Shown: positions 28,661-38,641 of the stretch, in pieces | Position numbering within the stretch: the first letter of the stretch is position 1 | Layout: each line of letters opens with the position of its first letter | Assembly: GCA_027013575.1 (NCBI GenBank) | Contig: JALWGN010000122.1 | Coordinates: forward strand, 378 to 64,377 | Length of the DNA stretch: 64,000 nt | Direction of reading: 5' to 3' | Source of the DNA: Desulfurobacteriaceae bacterium | Lineage (GTDB): Bacteria; Aquificota; Aquificia; Desulfurobacteriales; Desulfurobacteriaceae | Program-made: the position numbers and the translations under genes | Notes under the pieces: generated by a model | What the model saw: the letters and a program-made list of their open reading frames with translations, nothing else | Database searches by the model: none | Told to the model about the DNA's origin: nothing

Positions 28661-29743
28661 ATGGAGCTGAAAGAGAAGGTAATCTCTGGTGAAAGGATAA
28701 CAGAAGAGGAAGCTCTGAAACTGCTTAAAGATGAAGACCTTTTAACCCTTGGCCAGCTTGCCAACCTCGTCAGGAACAGAATTCATCCTGAGAGGGAAGT
28801 AACGTTTGTGATAGACAGGAACATAAACTACACAAACGTCTGCGTCTGCAGGTGCAGGTTCTGTGCCTTTTACAGGGAGAAGGGAGCTCCCGACGCCTAC
28901 GTTATAGACAGAGAAACACTGAAGCGGAAAATTCAGGAGACGGTAGATCTGGGGGGAACTGCTATTCTCATTCAGGGAGGCCTCCACCCGGACCTTGGGA
29001 TTGAGTACTACGAGGAGCTCCTCTCCTTCATAAAGAGCGAATTCCCACAGATTCACGTTCACGGATTTTCCGCTCCGGAGATCGTTCACATCTCAAGGGT
29101 TTCAGGTCTTTCCGTTGAAGAGGTGATAAGGCGGCTAAAAGAGGCAGGCCTTGGCTCTATTCCCGGGGGAGGTGCCGAGATTTTAGTTGACAGGGTAAGG
29201 GAGAGGATAGCCCCCAACAAAGCTAAAACAGAGGAGTGGCTGGAAGTTCACAGAACGGCACACAGACTCGGACTGAGAACTACCGCAACGATGATGTTCG
29301 GCAGCCTTGACACAGACGAAGACATCGTAGAGCACCTGAAGGTTATAAGGGAGTTACAGGACGAAACCGGAGGCTTTACAGCCTTTATACCGTGGAGCTA
29401 CCAGCCCGACAACACAGAACTGGGAAAGGAAGTGAAGGAAAAGGCAAGTGGAGAAAGGTACCTGAGAGTCCTGGCAGTCTCCAGAATCTACCTTGACAAC
29501 TTCAAAAACGTTCAGGCCTCGTGGGTAACTCAGGGTGGAAAGATGGCCCAGGTGGCGCTGAAGTTTGGAGCAAACGACTTTGGCTCCCTCATGATAGAGG
29601 AGAACGTTGTTGCGGCAGCAGGCGTAAAGTTCAGAATGCCGCTGTCTGAAATCCTCAGACTGATAAGAGACGCAGGGTACGTACCAGTTCAGAGAGATAC
29701 ACTATACAACAAAATTAAGCGGTTTGAGAGAGTAACCTCTTAA
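28661..29743 (+). CDS. Radical SAM enzyme of the futalosine menaquinone pathway (MqnC-like; MqnE not excluded)
   Basis: 360 aa with CVCRCRFCAF radical-SAM cluster, GGLHPDL, HVHGFSAPEI and IPWSYQPDNTELG. Confidence 0.65.
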   Translation: MELKEKVISGERITEEEALKLLKDEDLLTLGQLANLVRNRIHPEREVTFVIDRNINYTNVCVCRCRFCAFYREKGAPDAYVIDRETLKRKIQETVDLGGTAILIQGGLHPDLGIEYYEELLSFIKSEFPQIHVHGFSAPEIVHISRVSGLSVEEVIRRLKEAGLGSIPGGGAEILVDRVRERIAPNKAKTEEWLEVHRTAHRLGLRTTATMMFGSLDTDEDIVEHLKVIRELQDETGGFTAFIPWSYQPDNTELGKEVKEKASGERYLRVLAVSRIYLDNFKNVQASWVTQGGKMAQVALKFGANDFGSLMIEENVVAAAGVKFRMPLSEILRLIRDAGYVPVQRDTLYNKIKRFERVTS

Positions 29744-30338
29744 CGTGATTTACGTAGTAGTGCATAATGAACTTCATAACGTTAAAGTTCGTCTTCACGA
29801 TCTGACAGCCAACCAGGAGACCTTCCTTGCTCTCCTCTTCCCACAACACCTTAACGGTCATAACCTTCCTATCCTGGATTAGTGTAAGGAATTCCCCTTC
29901 CTTAACAACTCCCCTTTTCTGTCCTCTTAAAAGGAGTTTCACCCCTTTTAGGCTCATATCAAGTATAAAAACGTGTTTTAGGGTAGTAGAACCACTTTGA
30001 AGAGTAAACTCTCCAACTTCCTCAGGACAGAAAGAGAACCTCTCAAACAGGCGCCTGTCCCTTACTGCTTCATCATCAATAACGATTAAACATTTACCGT
30101 TTTTAACTTCCGTTGCGTAAGCTTTAACTATGTTAAAACGGCCACCGTTAAATGGCTCAAGTATAAAGAACTCCCTTCCACTGAGAAGATTCTCAACACC
30201 AGGAGGAAGGAAACTGTAGGCCTCCAGCTCACTTTCAGAGATTTTGCGAACTTTAAAACTGAAAAGAAGCGGAAGCTCTAGAAAATTTTTAAACTTAGAA
30301 CACTTAACTCTCTCAAAGATAATACCGTCATACCTCAT
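29715..30338 (-). CDS. PilZ-domain protein (c-di-GMP receptor type)
   Basis: 207 aa. RRLFER (95-100) and DMSLKG (127-132) fit the RxxxR ... D/NxSxxG PilZ signature with normal spacing. The start overlaps the stop of the upstream chemoreceptor gene by 4 nt. Confidence 0.6.
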   Translation of the reverse strand: MRYDGIIFERVKCSKFKNFLELPLLFSFKVRKISESELEAYSFLPPGVENLLSGREFFILEPFNGGRFNIVKAYATEVKNGKCLIVIDDEAVRDRRLFERFSFCPEEVGEFTLQSGSTTLKHVFILDMSLKGVKLLLRGQKRGVVKEGEFLTLIQDRKVMTVKVLWEEESKEGLLVGCQIVKTNFNVMKFIMHYYVNHVKRLLSQTA

Positions 30339-32155
30339 TGTTGCTTCATCCGTTCAATCAGCTTCTCAAATGCGTCAGCTACCCTCTCTGCGTACTCCTC
30401 AAACTCCTCAAATAGCCTGTTATCAACCTTCCCGCTCTTAGCCTGTTCCACAACCTCTCTTGCAACTCTAAACGCAGCCTGAAGGTTCTCCTCTAAAACG
30501 TTGACAACATCTGCCAGGTCTACTCTTTTTAGCTGGCGGAGCTCCCTCTCAAGCCACTCCCTTAAAGGAGACTGATCAAAGTCTAAAAGAAGAGGATTTT
30601 CGAGAGAAGCTGGCAGTTTTGCCAGCCAGTCAGAGAAGAGCTCCATTCCTTTTATAACGACAGAGAGTTCTCCAATGTTAAAGTAGGAAAGGTTCTCGTG
30701 GACAGTCTTTATTGAGGAGCGGGTTGAGAAAATCCTATTCTGAAGTCTTTTAAATATCTCTTGAAAACCTGTTATTTCCGTATTAATTGCTGAAATGTTA
30801 TCCCTAACCGTGTCAAGAGCGCTAACCTGTTGATTAATTGAGAAGAGAACGTTGTTCATAACATCAATGAGAGATTCTACAGACTCCCTTATAGCCTTAA
30901 GAACTTCCTCTGTTTTTGCCATCTCCGACTTAACGTTTATCGCCTCTGTAGCCCTCTCCTCAAGGTTTTTAGAGAAGTCCTCTATCTGATTGATAATGTT
31001 CCCTACTATCTGGCCTATCTCCTCGGCAGAGGTTACCGTTCTGGCTGCAAGCTTTCTAACTTCCTCGGCAACTACGGCAAATCCCCTTCCAGCCTCTCCA
31101 GCCCTTGCAGCCTCTATTGCGGCGTTAAGGGCAAGGAGGTTTGTCTGGTCTGCAATACTCTTAATAGTTTCAACAACGTTCTGAATCTTCACAGAGCTCT
31201 GCTGGAGCTCCTCAATCTGATTCCTCAGGGAGATAACTCTATCAGCAAGCTCCTGAACGTCGTTAACAGACTTTGAAACGATACTTGCTCCCTTTTCAGT
31301 TTCTGAGTCAACCCTCTTAACCTCTTCGGAGGAAATGTTTATCAGCCTGTTAACGTCTGCAATTGAACTGGCAAGGACTTCAGACGAAACGGAGAGCTCC
31401 ATGAACCTATCTTTAACGTCTTTATTTTTCAGATCCGTATTAAAGAGCTCAGCAACAAGCATACTGGCCTCTGTTGAGACCTTTGCTGAGAGTTCCTCAA
31501 GCTCTTTAAAGATCTCCCTTATCCAGCTAAGGAACTTGTTAAACTCATTAGCGAGCTCACCCAGTTCATCATCTCTTTTAACCTGGAGCTCTTTGGTAAG
31601 GTCCCCCTTCTCTATTTCCCTCATAGTTCTGGCCATTTCGGCTAGAGGAGCAACAATTGCCCTGTAGGTACTGATTGCTCCGATACCGATGATTATTAAG
31701 CTAAAGAGAGGAATAACCCTCACGACGTTTTCAGCGTAAGAGAGCTTCTCTTTAGCCTCCCTCTTTATCTCGTTTTCTATAACCTCAAGCTCCTGCTCCT
31801 TCGTACGAATATCCTTTACTATCTGTTCCTTACTCTGTCCCTTTGTAATAGAAGAAGCTGCAGAGAGAAGAAGAGAGTATACTTTTGTAGCCCTTGGGTC
31901 AGAATAACTACTGACTTTAACTGCCGCAGATTCCAGCTCTCTAACTGCTTCGTTCAAGTCCCCCTTCCAAACTAATGATTCAGCATTCAAAAGTTCCTTC
32001 TCAAGCTCGGCAACCGTCTCTCCAAGGGTATAGTTTGTTTTAAACTCTTCAATCTTATGGTAGGCAAACTCTGTAAGTAGGAGGATTATAAAGACTTCAA
32101 CAATTAAGGAGACGACCAGTTTAGTTTTTATCTTCATTACCTCTCTCCTCTCCAC
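30335..32155 (-). CDS. Methyl-accepting chemotaxis protein with HAMP and a C-terminal CZB-like (ligand-less) extension
   Basis: 606 aa. Two TM helices flank a helical periplasmic region. HAMP is present. The highly conserved signalling hairpin is [37 protein letters not shown]. Confidence 0.9.
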   Translation of the reverse strand: MERREVMKIKTKLVVSLIVEVFIILLLTEFAYHKIEEFKTNYTLGETVAELEKELLNAESLVWKGDLNEAVRELESAAVKVSSYSDPRATKVYSLLLSAASSITKGQSKEQIVKDIRTKEQELEVIENEIKREAKEKLSYAENVVRVIPLFSLIIIGIGAISTYRAIVAPLAEMARTMREIEKGDLTKELQVKRDDELGELANEFNKFLSWIREIFKELEELSAKVSTEASMLVAELFNTDLKNKDVKDRFMELSVSSEVLASSIADVNRLINISSEEVKRVDSETEKGASIVSKSVNDVQELADRVISLRNQIEELQQSSVKIQNVVETIKSIADQTNLLALNAAIEAARAGEAGRGFAVVAEEVRKLAARTVTSAEEIGQIVGNIINQIEDFSKNLEERATEAINVKSEMAKTEEVLKAIRESVESLIDVMNNVLFSINQQVSALDTVRDNISAINTEITGFQEIFKRLQNRIFSTRSSIKTVHENLSYFNIGELSVVIKGMELFSDWLAKLPASLENPLLLDFDQSPLREWLERELRQLKRVDLADVVNVLEENLQAAFRVAREVVEQAKSGKVDNRLFEEFEEYAERVADAFEKLIERMKQQ

Positions 32156-32222
32156 AGTTTTACTCTTAAACTCTATTATCGCAACAAATTCGTATAATTC
32201 AAGAGCTTAAAAGGAGGTGCTC

Positions 32223-33509
32223 TTGAGTAAGCGCTTTAAGCTCAAAATAGAGAAGCTGGTGTACGGCGGAAGAGGACTGGGAAGGCTCAACGGTAGAGCA
32301 GTCTTTGTTCCCTTCACCGCTCCGGGAGACTTAGTAGTTGTAGAGGAAAAGAGCAGAAAAAGCGGGTACAGCGAAGCAGAAGTTGTCAAAATCTTAGAGA
32401 GGAGCAGAGACAGGGTAAAGCCCCTGTGCCCCTACTTTAGAAGGTGCGGAGGCTGCGACTGGCAGCACGTAAAGTACGAAAAACAGGTAGAGTACAAAAG
32501 GGCAATCTTAGAGGAAAACCTTCAGAAGATAGGAAAGATAAAGAAGCCCAACATAGACGAGGTAATTCCTTCTCCATCTCCTTGGCACTACAGAAACAGA
32601 GCTCAGATAAAGGTGAAGAACGGAAAAGTGGGCTTTTTCGCTAAGAACTCCCACCAGGTTGTTGACATAGATAAGTGTCCTCTCCTTAAAGAGGACATAG
32701 CGGAGATTTTTCCCAGGCTCAAGGAGCTCCTCTCGCTTCTTCCCTCTCAACCTGCAGAGTTCCACGTCTACTCCTCGGGAAAAGATGAGGTTCTGCTGAA
32801 AATTGTCTTTCACGGAAGGTTTAAACGGTTTGAGCTCCCCGTTGAGAAGTTAAGGGATATTCTGAAGGTAAACCTGATAGGTTACGGCATCTACAGACAG
32901 ACAAACGGGTTCCCCGAAAGGGTAAGGTTCTTTGGAAGGGACTTCTCCTACGAGTTCACAGAGAAGTTTAAGTTCAGAGTTAGCGCCGACTCCTTCTTCC
33001 AGGTTAACAGGTTTCAGGTTGAGAGCCTGATAAACAGAGTTGCAAAGGTTGCAATGGAACACCAGTACATGCTGGCAGGAGACCTCTACTGCGGAGTCGG
33101 AACCCTGACCATTCCGGTAGGCAGGTACGTCCACAGGGCTTTCGGGATAGAGGCCAATTTCTCTGCCGTAAGCGACGCCCTCTACAACAAGGACATAAAC
33201 GGACTGAGGAACGTAAGTTTCTACTGCCGGGAAACGGAAGAGGGACTGCCGATACTGAAGGAACACAACCCCGACCTCGTAATCGTTGATCCTCCAAGAA
33301 GCGGGCTGAACGAGAAGATAATCAGAACAATAGCGGGTCTTTCAAGGCTCAGAAAGATCGTTTACGTCTCCTGTAACCCATCAACGCTGGCAAGGGACAT
33401 AGCAATCTTTCACCGCTACGGGATAAACATGGAGAAGGCAAAGGTTATAGACATGTTCCCTCAAACATTTCACGTTGAAACAATAGCTTACTTAAGGAAG
33501 GTTAAGTGA
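32223..33509 (+). CDS. 23S rRNA/tRNA (uracil-C5)-methyltransferase, RumA/TrmA family (TRAM domain, Fe-S cluster)
   Basis: TRAM-like N-terminus, Cys cluster C..CGGCDWQH, SAM motif DLYCGVGT and catalytic VSCNP. The ORF opens at 32217. TTG at 32223 has better spacing to the AAGGAGG SD. Confidence 0.85.
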   Translation: MSKRFKLKIEKLVYGGRGLGRLNGRAVFVPFTAPGDLVVVEEKSRKSGYSEAEVVKILERSRDRVKPLCPYFRRCGGCDWQHVKYEKQVEYKRAILEENLQKIGKIKKPNIDEVIPSPSPWHYRNRAQIKVKNGKVGFFAKNSHQVVDIDKCPLLKEDIAEIFPRLKELLSLLPSQPAEFHVYSSGKDEVLLKIVFHGRFKRFELPVEKLRDILKVNLIGYGIYRQTNGFPERVRFFGRDFSYEFTEKFKFRVSADSFFQVNRFQVESLINRVAKVAMEHQYMLAGDLYCGVGTLTIPVGRYVHRAFGIEANFSAVSDALYNKDINGLRNVSFYCRETEEGLPILKEHNPDLVIVDPPRSGLNEKIIRTIAGLSRLRKIVYVSCNPSTLARDIAIFHRYGINMEKAKVIDMFPQTFHVETIAYLRKVK

Positions 33510-34414
33510 TGTTAAGAACGGAGCTCTTCGGAGTTGAGTTTGAGAACCCGGTCTGGACGGCCTCCGGAACCTTTGGATTCGGCCTTGAGTACGCTCCATA
33601 CATGGATTTAAACAGAGTTGGAGCGGTTTGCGTTAAGGGTTTATCAATAAAGCCGAGGGAGGGAAACGAGCCTCCACGGATCTGGGAGACTCCCTGCGGA
33701 ATGCTGAACGCCATCGGCCTTCAGAACCCGGGGGTTGAGTACTTCGTTGAGAAGATAGTTCCGCAGCTCAAAAACTACAGGTGCAGGGTTATTGCCAACA
33801 TTTACGGATCAACGGTTGAGGAGTACGTAGCGGTAGCCGAGGCACTTAAAGGAGTTAACGGAGTTGACGCCATAGAGCTTAACATCTCCTGCCCCAACGT
33901 AAAGAAGGGTGGGCTGGCATTTGGAGTTGACCCAGTTGAGGCTGCAAAGCTTACAGAGGCTGTAAAAAAGGCAACAGATAAGCCGGTAATCGTTAAGCTC
34001 TCTCCAAACGTTACAGACATCGTTGAGATTGCAAAAGCGATAGAGTCTGCCGGGGCAGACGCCCTCTCTGCGATAAATACTCTCCTTGGAATGGCAATAG
34101 ACATAAGAAGGAGAAAGCCGCGGATTAAGAACAGGTTCGGAGGGCTTTCTGGCCCTGCAATAAAGCCCGTTGCCGTAAGGATGGTCTATCAGGTGGCCAG
34201 AGCCGTTTCAATTCCTGTAATCGGAATCGGGGGAATCTCAACCTGGGAGGATGCCGTTGAGTTCTTTTTAGCAGGAGCTTCGGCGGTTCAGGTTGGAACT
34301 GCGAACTTCTTTAACCCCAAAGCCGTTGAGGAGATAGTTGAGGGGCTTGAAAACTACCTGAAGGAGATGGGCTACTCCCACATCTCGGAGCTAATTGGAG
34401 ACCTCAGGGAGTAG
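33506..34414 (+). CDS. pyrD: Dihydroorotate dehydrogenase, class 1B-type catalytic subunit
   Basis: 302 aa with ASGTFG, NAIGLQNPG, ELNISCPN, GLSGPAIKP and IGIGGI motifs. Confidence 0.9.
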   Translation: MMLRTELFGVEFENPVWTASGTFGFGLEYAPYMDLNRVGAVCVKGLSIKPREGNEPPRIWETPCGMLNAIGLQNPGVEYFVEKIVPQLKNYRCRVIANIYGSTVEEYVAVAEALKGVNGVDAIELNISCPNVKKGGLAFGVDPVEAAKLTEAVKKATDKPVIVKLSPNVTDIVEIAKAIESAGADALSAINTLLGMAIDIRRRKPRIKNRFGGLSGPAIKPVAVRMVYQVARAVSIPVIGIGGISTWEDAVEFFLAGASAVQVGTANFFNPKAVEEIVEGLENYLKEMGYSHISELIGDLRE

Positions 34415-35326
34415 TTACTCTAACTTGTAGCGGATGGTCAGCTCCGTTTCAAACCTTCCGCCGGGAGGGGGCGGGAAGTGGCACTTCTTAAGGGTTTTAA
34501 CCGCCGCTTTTTTCAAAACCGGCGAGTCTGACGATAGAACAAAAACGGAGAGGAGCTCCCCCTCCTTCCCTATAACAATCTTCAGCTTCACCCTTCCTTC
34601 TATTCCCATTCTCCTTGCAATCAGCGGGTAGAACTTGTTCCTCTGAACCTCCCGAAGAACTAACTTCAGATAGTCTTCCCTCTCTTTCTCAGCTACCTTA
34701 CTCTCTCTGCTCTCCTTAGCTTTTTGCGGAGCTCCCGCCACACCACCAGAAGTTAAATTTCTTGAAACCGTTCTCTCTGTCTTCTCTACCGCTGTTTTTT
34801 CTCTGTGGAGGGAGCTCCCGCCCTCTCTTTTTAACGCCTCTTTTGCCTTATAAAAACTTTCTGGTTTTAAACTCTTCTCCGTCTTACTTGAAAAATTTTT
34901 CCTAACCGCCGGTCTGTTCTGATTTTTCTCTTCAGGTTTTAAAGCCCTCTGCCGATTCAACCTTTTGGTTTCTTTAACACTTTCTTGAGGAGTTACCTTT
35001 TCAGTTTCCCTCTTGTGCTTAATTCTACGCTTGGTCTGTTTATGTAGCTTAACTCTCCTTACACTTTCAACCGATCTTTTTCTAAAAACAGACCTTTCTT
35101 CCTTATAAGCACTACTCTTACCACAAGAACTTTTGTGAGAACCAACCTTTCCTGAAGATTTTTCCGTTTTAAGAAGCTGCTTTGACGGAATCTCCTCAAG
35201 AGAAACAGTTACAACTGAGCTCTTCTCAGGCCTTACAGGCTTAAACCGGATGAGAAATCCAAAAACGGCAAGGTTTAAAAGGAAGGAAATCAGGAGGGAA
35301 ACGAGGGAAGTTTTTCGGAGCTCCAT
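34415..35326 (-). CDS. TonB-like energy-transducer protein
   Basis: 303 aa. N-terminal TM anchor, long K/E/R/P-rich spacer, and a C-terminal TonB_C-like domain (YPLIARRMGIEGRVKLKIVIGKEGELLSV). Confidence 0.65.
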   Translation of the reverse strand: MELRKTSLVSLLISFLLNLAVFGFLIRFKPVRPEKSSVVTVSLEEIPSKQLLKTEKSSGKVGSHKSSCGKSSAYKEERSVFRKRSVESVRRVKLHKQTKRRIKHKRETEKVTPQESVKETKRLNRQRALKPEEKNQNRPAVRKNFSSKTEKSLKPESFYKAKEALKREGGSSLHREKTAVEKTERTVSRNLTSGGVAGAPQKAKESRESKVAEKEREDYLKLVLREVQRNKFYPLIARRMGIEGRVKLKIVIGKEGELLSVFVLSSDSPVLKKAAVKTLKKCHFPPPPGGRFETELTIRYKLE

Positions 35327-35341
35327 GGTAAAGGCCGGAGC

Positions 35342-36805
35342 TTAGAGCTCCGGCACAGTATTAAGTTTAAGCTCTTTCTCCACAAAGTCTGCAACTTTGA
35401 GGATCGTCTCCTCGTCAAAAGCCCTTCCTATGAGCTGAACGCCAACGGGAAGACCTTTACTGTCAAAACCGCACGGAACGGAAATCCCAGGAAGACCCGC
35501 AAGGTTAACGGCAATGGTGAAGATGTCCGACAGGTACATCTTTATCGGGTCGTCTGTCTTCTCTCCAATTCTAAAGGCCGTTTCAGGGGTAACGGGAGTG
35601 ATGAGGAAGTCAACCTTTTCAAAGGCGTTCTGGAAGCCCTGGTAGATCAGCGTCCTTACTTTCTGGGCTTTCAGGTAGTAGGCGTCGTAGTATCCGGCGC
35701 TTAAGGTGTAGGTTCCAATCATAATACGCCTTTTAACCTCGTCTCCAAAGCCCTCAGCCCTCGTCTTACAGTACATATCAACAAGGTCTTTGTACTCTTT
35801 TGCCCTGTAGGTGTAGCGAACGCCGTCGTAACGGCCGAGGTTAGAAGAGGCCTCTGCTGGAGCTATGATGTAGTAGGTTTCAACGGCGTACTTGGTGTTT
35901 GGAAGCGAAACCTCCTCAACGGATACGCCGCTCTTCTCAAGGAGCTCCGCAACCTTTAAAACCCTCTCCTTAACCTCAGGGTCTACTCCCTCTACGAAGT
36001 ACTCCTTCGGAAGACCTGCCTTTAATCCCTTAACCTCTCCGTTGAGAGCATCTAGGAAGTTCGGAACGGGAATTTTTGCGCTGGTTGCGTCCCTTGAGTC
36101 CTGCCCTGAGATGATATTCAAGAGGTATGCTGCGTCTTCAACGGTTTTCGTTATGGGGCCTATCTGGTCTAAAGAGGAGGCAAAGGCCGTTAAACCGTAC
36201 CTTGAAACTCTGCCATAGGTCGGTTTAAGCCCTACAACTCCGCAGAAGGCCGCAGGCTGGCGGATTGAACCTCCCGTATCTGAGCCCAAAGAGGCAAGGG
36301 CTGAACGGGCAGAAACGGCAGCTGCAGAACCTCCAGAAGAACCTCCGGGAACCCTCTCCAAATCCCAGGGGTTTCTGGTTACACCAAAGTAGGAGGTTTC
36401 CGTTGAAGAGCCCATTGCGAACTCGTCTAAGTTGTTCTTGCCAACAAATATGGCTCCCCTTTCCCTGAGCCTCTTTGTAACCGTTGCGTCGTAAGGAGAG
36501 ACAAAGTTCTCAAGGATTTTAGAGGCGCAGGTCATCCTCACGTTCTCAACGTTTATGTTGTCCTTGATTGAGAGGGGAATTCCAAAGAGCTCCGGAACCT
36601 CATCTTCTGAGAGTTTCGTTAGCTCCTCGTCTGCAATCTTTGCCTTTCTCCTTGCCTTTTCGTCTGTAACGGTTATGTAGGCGTTGAGCTTCTCCTCTGT
36701 CTCCTCTATTCTCTTTAAAACGGCCTCTACAAGCTCAGAGGGTTTAAGCTCCTTTCTCTTTATGAGTGAGTGGAGCTCCCTCAAACTCCTATTCAGCAGT
36801 TCCAT
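35342..36805 (-). CDS. gatA: Glutamyl-tRNA(Gln) amidotransferase subunit A
   Basis: 487 aa with amidase signature [11 protein letters not shown] and [12 protein letters not shown]. Confidence 0.95.
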   Translation of the reverse strand: MELLNRSLRELHSLIKRKELKPSELVEAVLKRIEETEEKLNAYITVTDEKARRKAKIADEELTKLSEDEVPELFGIPLSIKDNINVENVRMTCASKILENFVSPYDATVTKRLRERGAIFVGKNNLDEFAMGSSTETSYFGVTRNPWDLERVPGGSSGGSAAAVSARSALASLGSDTGGSIRQPAAFCGVVGLKPTYGRVSRYGLTAFASSLDQIGPITKTVEDAAYLLNIISGQDSRDATSAKIPVPNFLDALNGEVKGLKAGLPKEYFVEGVDPEVKERVLKVAELLEKSGVSVEEVSLPNTKYAVETYYIIAPAEASSNLGRYDGVRYTYRAKEYKDLVDMYCKTRAEGFGDEVKRRIMIGTYTLSAGYYDAYYLKAQKVRTLIYQGFQNAFEKVDFLITPVTPETAFRIGEKTDDPIKMYLSDIFTIAVNLAGLPGISVPCGFDSKGLPVGVQLIGRAFDEETILKVADFVEKELKLNTVPEL

Positions 36806-36814
36806 CTCCTCCTC

Positions 36815-37105
36815 CTACTTCTTAACCACTTTTGGAACGATGAAGAACTCTCCGTCTGTCTCCGGAGCGTTCATAAAGGTCTTCTCCCTTGGAAGGCTGA
36901 GCCCGGGAACGTCTTCCCTCAGAACGTTCTCAGGGGGAACAACTGAGAACTTTGGGTCAATCCCTTCGGTATCAAGCTCGTTGAGCTTCTCAACGAAGTT
37001 CAGAATCTCTGAGAGCTGCTCTCTGAACTTCTCAATCTCATCCTCACGGAGCTCTATCCTTGCGAGCTTTGCAATGTGGAGAACTTCCTCTCTGCTGAGC
37101 TTCAT
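36815..37105 (-). CDS. gatC: Glutamyl-tRNA(Gln) amidotransferase subunit C
   Basis: 96 aa with VLHIAKLARIEL..EE...F and a position directly upstream of gatA. Confidence 0.9.
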   Translation of the reverse strand: MKLSREEVLHIAKLARIELREDEIEKFREQLSEILNFVEKLNELDTEGIDPKFSVVPPENVLREDVPGLSLPREKTFMNAPETDGEFFIVPKVVKK

Positions 37106-37425
37106 CTCTTACTCCTCAAATAGGCTTTTATTCCTCTTCCTATCTCCTCAATGAGCCGTTTCATGTAAGGGTCTGATGAGTGGGAGACTATTTTAACATC
37201 GGGGTTAAGCTCAACCTCTCCTGTAAAGACGGCCTCTTCAAGCCACCTTATAAAGTCTATCCCGTTTCCGCCAAAGGGAGCAAACTCCTCCATGTAGTTG
37301 TCAAGGTCTAGAACCTCTATCTCTTTCCCGTGCTTTTTAACTATCTCTTTCAGGTCGTTAACGGTTCTAACAACGATATAATCTTCAGACGGCGGCTCTC
37401 TCCAGTCGTCAAGGTAGAGCTTCAA
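37102..37425 (-). CDS. Small receiver-fold protein resembling the cyclic-phosphate-processing receiver (cREC) domain
   Basis: 107 aa with the pattern MKLYLDDWREPP ... VRTVNDL ... VLDLDNYM ... GIDFIRWLEE ... VSHSSDP. This matches my recollection of that family (LDDxRxP ... SLDHDLG ... WL ... HSxNP). It overlaps the gatC start by 4 nt. Confidence 0.45.
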   Translation of the reverse strand: MKLYLDDWREPPSEDYIVVRTVNDLKEIVKKHGKEIEVLDLDNYMEEFAPFGGNGIDFIRWLEEAVFTGEVELNPDVKIVSHSSDPYMKRLIEEIGRGIKAYLRSKR

Positions 37426-37445
37426 AACAGCCTCCGGAGGAAGTT

Positions 37446-37652
37446 TTGGGGAAAATTGTAGTCCTTATTGACGGAAAAGAAAGGGAAGTTGAATTTAAGG
37501 GGAAGAAGATTAGGGTGGACAAGCTCCTTGAGTCTATGGGGATATTCCCCGAAACGGCTGTAGTCGTGAAGGAGGGGGAGCTCCTGTGCGACGACGAGCT
37601 CCTTGAAGACGGAGAGAGAGTTAAAGTTGTTGTTGCAACCTCTAAGGGTTAA
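37446..37652 (+). CDS. Small beta-grasp (ThiS/MoaD-like) protein without C-terminal Gly-Gly
   Basis: 68 aa with IDGKEREVE ... VVVKEGELL ... LEDGERVKVV, typical of ThiS-like proteins. It ends ATSKG. TTG start with GGAGG 5 nt upstream. Confidence 0.4.
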   Translation: MGKIVVLIDGKEREVEFKGKKIRVDKLLESMGIFPETAVVVKEGELLCDDELLEDGERVKVVVATSKG

Positions 37653-37654
37653 GG

Positions 37655-38071
37655 ATGAAAAGGGTAATGGCCTTAGACGTTGGGTTTAAGAGGATTGGAG
37701 TTGCCCTCTCTGATCCTTTGAGACTTACGGCCTCTCCTTTTAAAGTGATTGAGAGAAGGAGCAACAGGGAAACTTTCGGGGAGCTCCTCTCAATAATCAA
37801 AGAGAAGTCCGTTTCAGACGTAGTTGTAGGCATTCCTGTAAACAGAGAGGGAAAGAGAACGAAGATTGGAGAAAAGATAGAGAAGTTCACGGAAAAGCTC
37901 AAAAAATTCCTTGAAGACGAAGGGGTAGAAGTTAAATTTCACTTTGTAGATGAGTCCTACTCAACCCTTGAGGCCAAAGAGCTCATGAGGTCTTTAGGGA
38001 AAGAGAGGGAAACAGTTGACGACGTTGCAGCTGCTCTAATCCTGAAGGAGTGGCTTGAGAGGGAGAGATGA
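37655..38071 (+). CDS. ruvX: Pre-16S rRNA nuclease / Holliday-junction-resolvase-like YqgF
   Basis: 138 aa with ALDVGFKRIGVALSD and DESYST motifs. Confidence 0.9.
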   Translation: MKRVMALDVGFKRIGVALSDPLRLTASPFKVIERRSNRETFGELLSIIKEKSVSDVVVGIPVNREGKRTKIGEKIEKFTEKLKKFLEDEGVEVKFHFVDESYSTLEAKELMRSLGKERETVDDVAAALILKEWLERER

Positions 38072-38640
38072 GGAGAAAAAGGAGCGTTAAGGAGATTTTA
38101 GAGAGGAGAAAGAGGCGCGCTTTTGACCACACCAACGAGGTCTTAATAGGAAAAGTTGTTGGAGTCCACGGGATAAAGGGAGAGGTAAAGGTTAAGTCTG
38201 AGTCTGACATCTTTGAGAGGCAGATTGAGGCAACTCCTGAAGTTTCCCTATACAGGGGAACAAAACGCGAAAGGCTTGAGATTGAGGAGATTAAACCCTA
38301 CAAAGATATCTACCTTGTAAAGTTTAAGGGAATAGAGGATAGAAACGCAGCAGAGGAGAGGATAGGAGGGGAGCTCTTCGTCGGAAAGGAAGAACAGGTT
38401 CCACTTGAGGAAGGGGAGTTCTACTACCACCAGCTCATCGGCCTTAAGGTTGTTGACGAAAGCGGCAGGGAGGTTGGAACCGTTAAGTCTGTCTTTGAGC
38501 AGCCTGCAAGCCACATCTTAGAGGTTGAAACTCCTGAAGGGAAAACGATACTAATTCCCTTTATTGACCAGTTCGTAAAAGAAGTTGACCTTAAAAAAGG
38601 AGAGGTTGTTGTCTCCCTCATTGAGGGGATGGAGGAGTAG
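38068..38640 (+). CDS. rimM: 16S rRNA processing protein RimM
   Basis: 190 aa with [16 protein letters not shown], the PRC-barrel C-terminus and a position upstream of trmD. Confidence 0.9.
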   Translation: MRRKRSVKEILERRKRRAFDHTNEVLIGKVVGVHGIKGEVKVKSESDIFERQIEATPEVSLYRGTKRERLEIEEIKPYKDIYLVKFKGIEDRNAAEERIGGELFVGKEEQVPLEEGEFYYHQLIGLKVVDESGREVGTVKSVFEQPASHILEVETPEGKTILIPFIDQFVKEVDLKKGEVVVSLIEGMEE

Positions 38641-38641
38641 C

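Noticed and set aside
36684-37154. 156-aa plus-strand ORF rich in Ser
   Set aside because: It is antisense to gatA/gatC and shows the same mirror-composition artefact.
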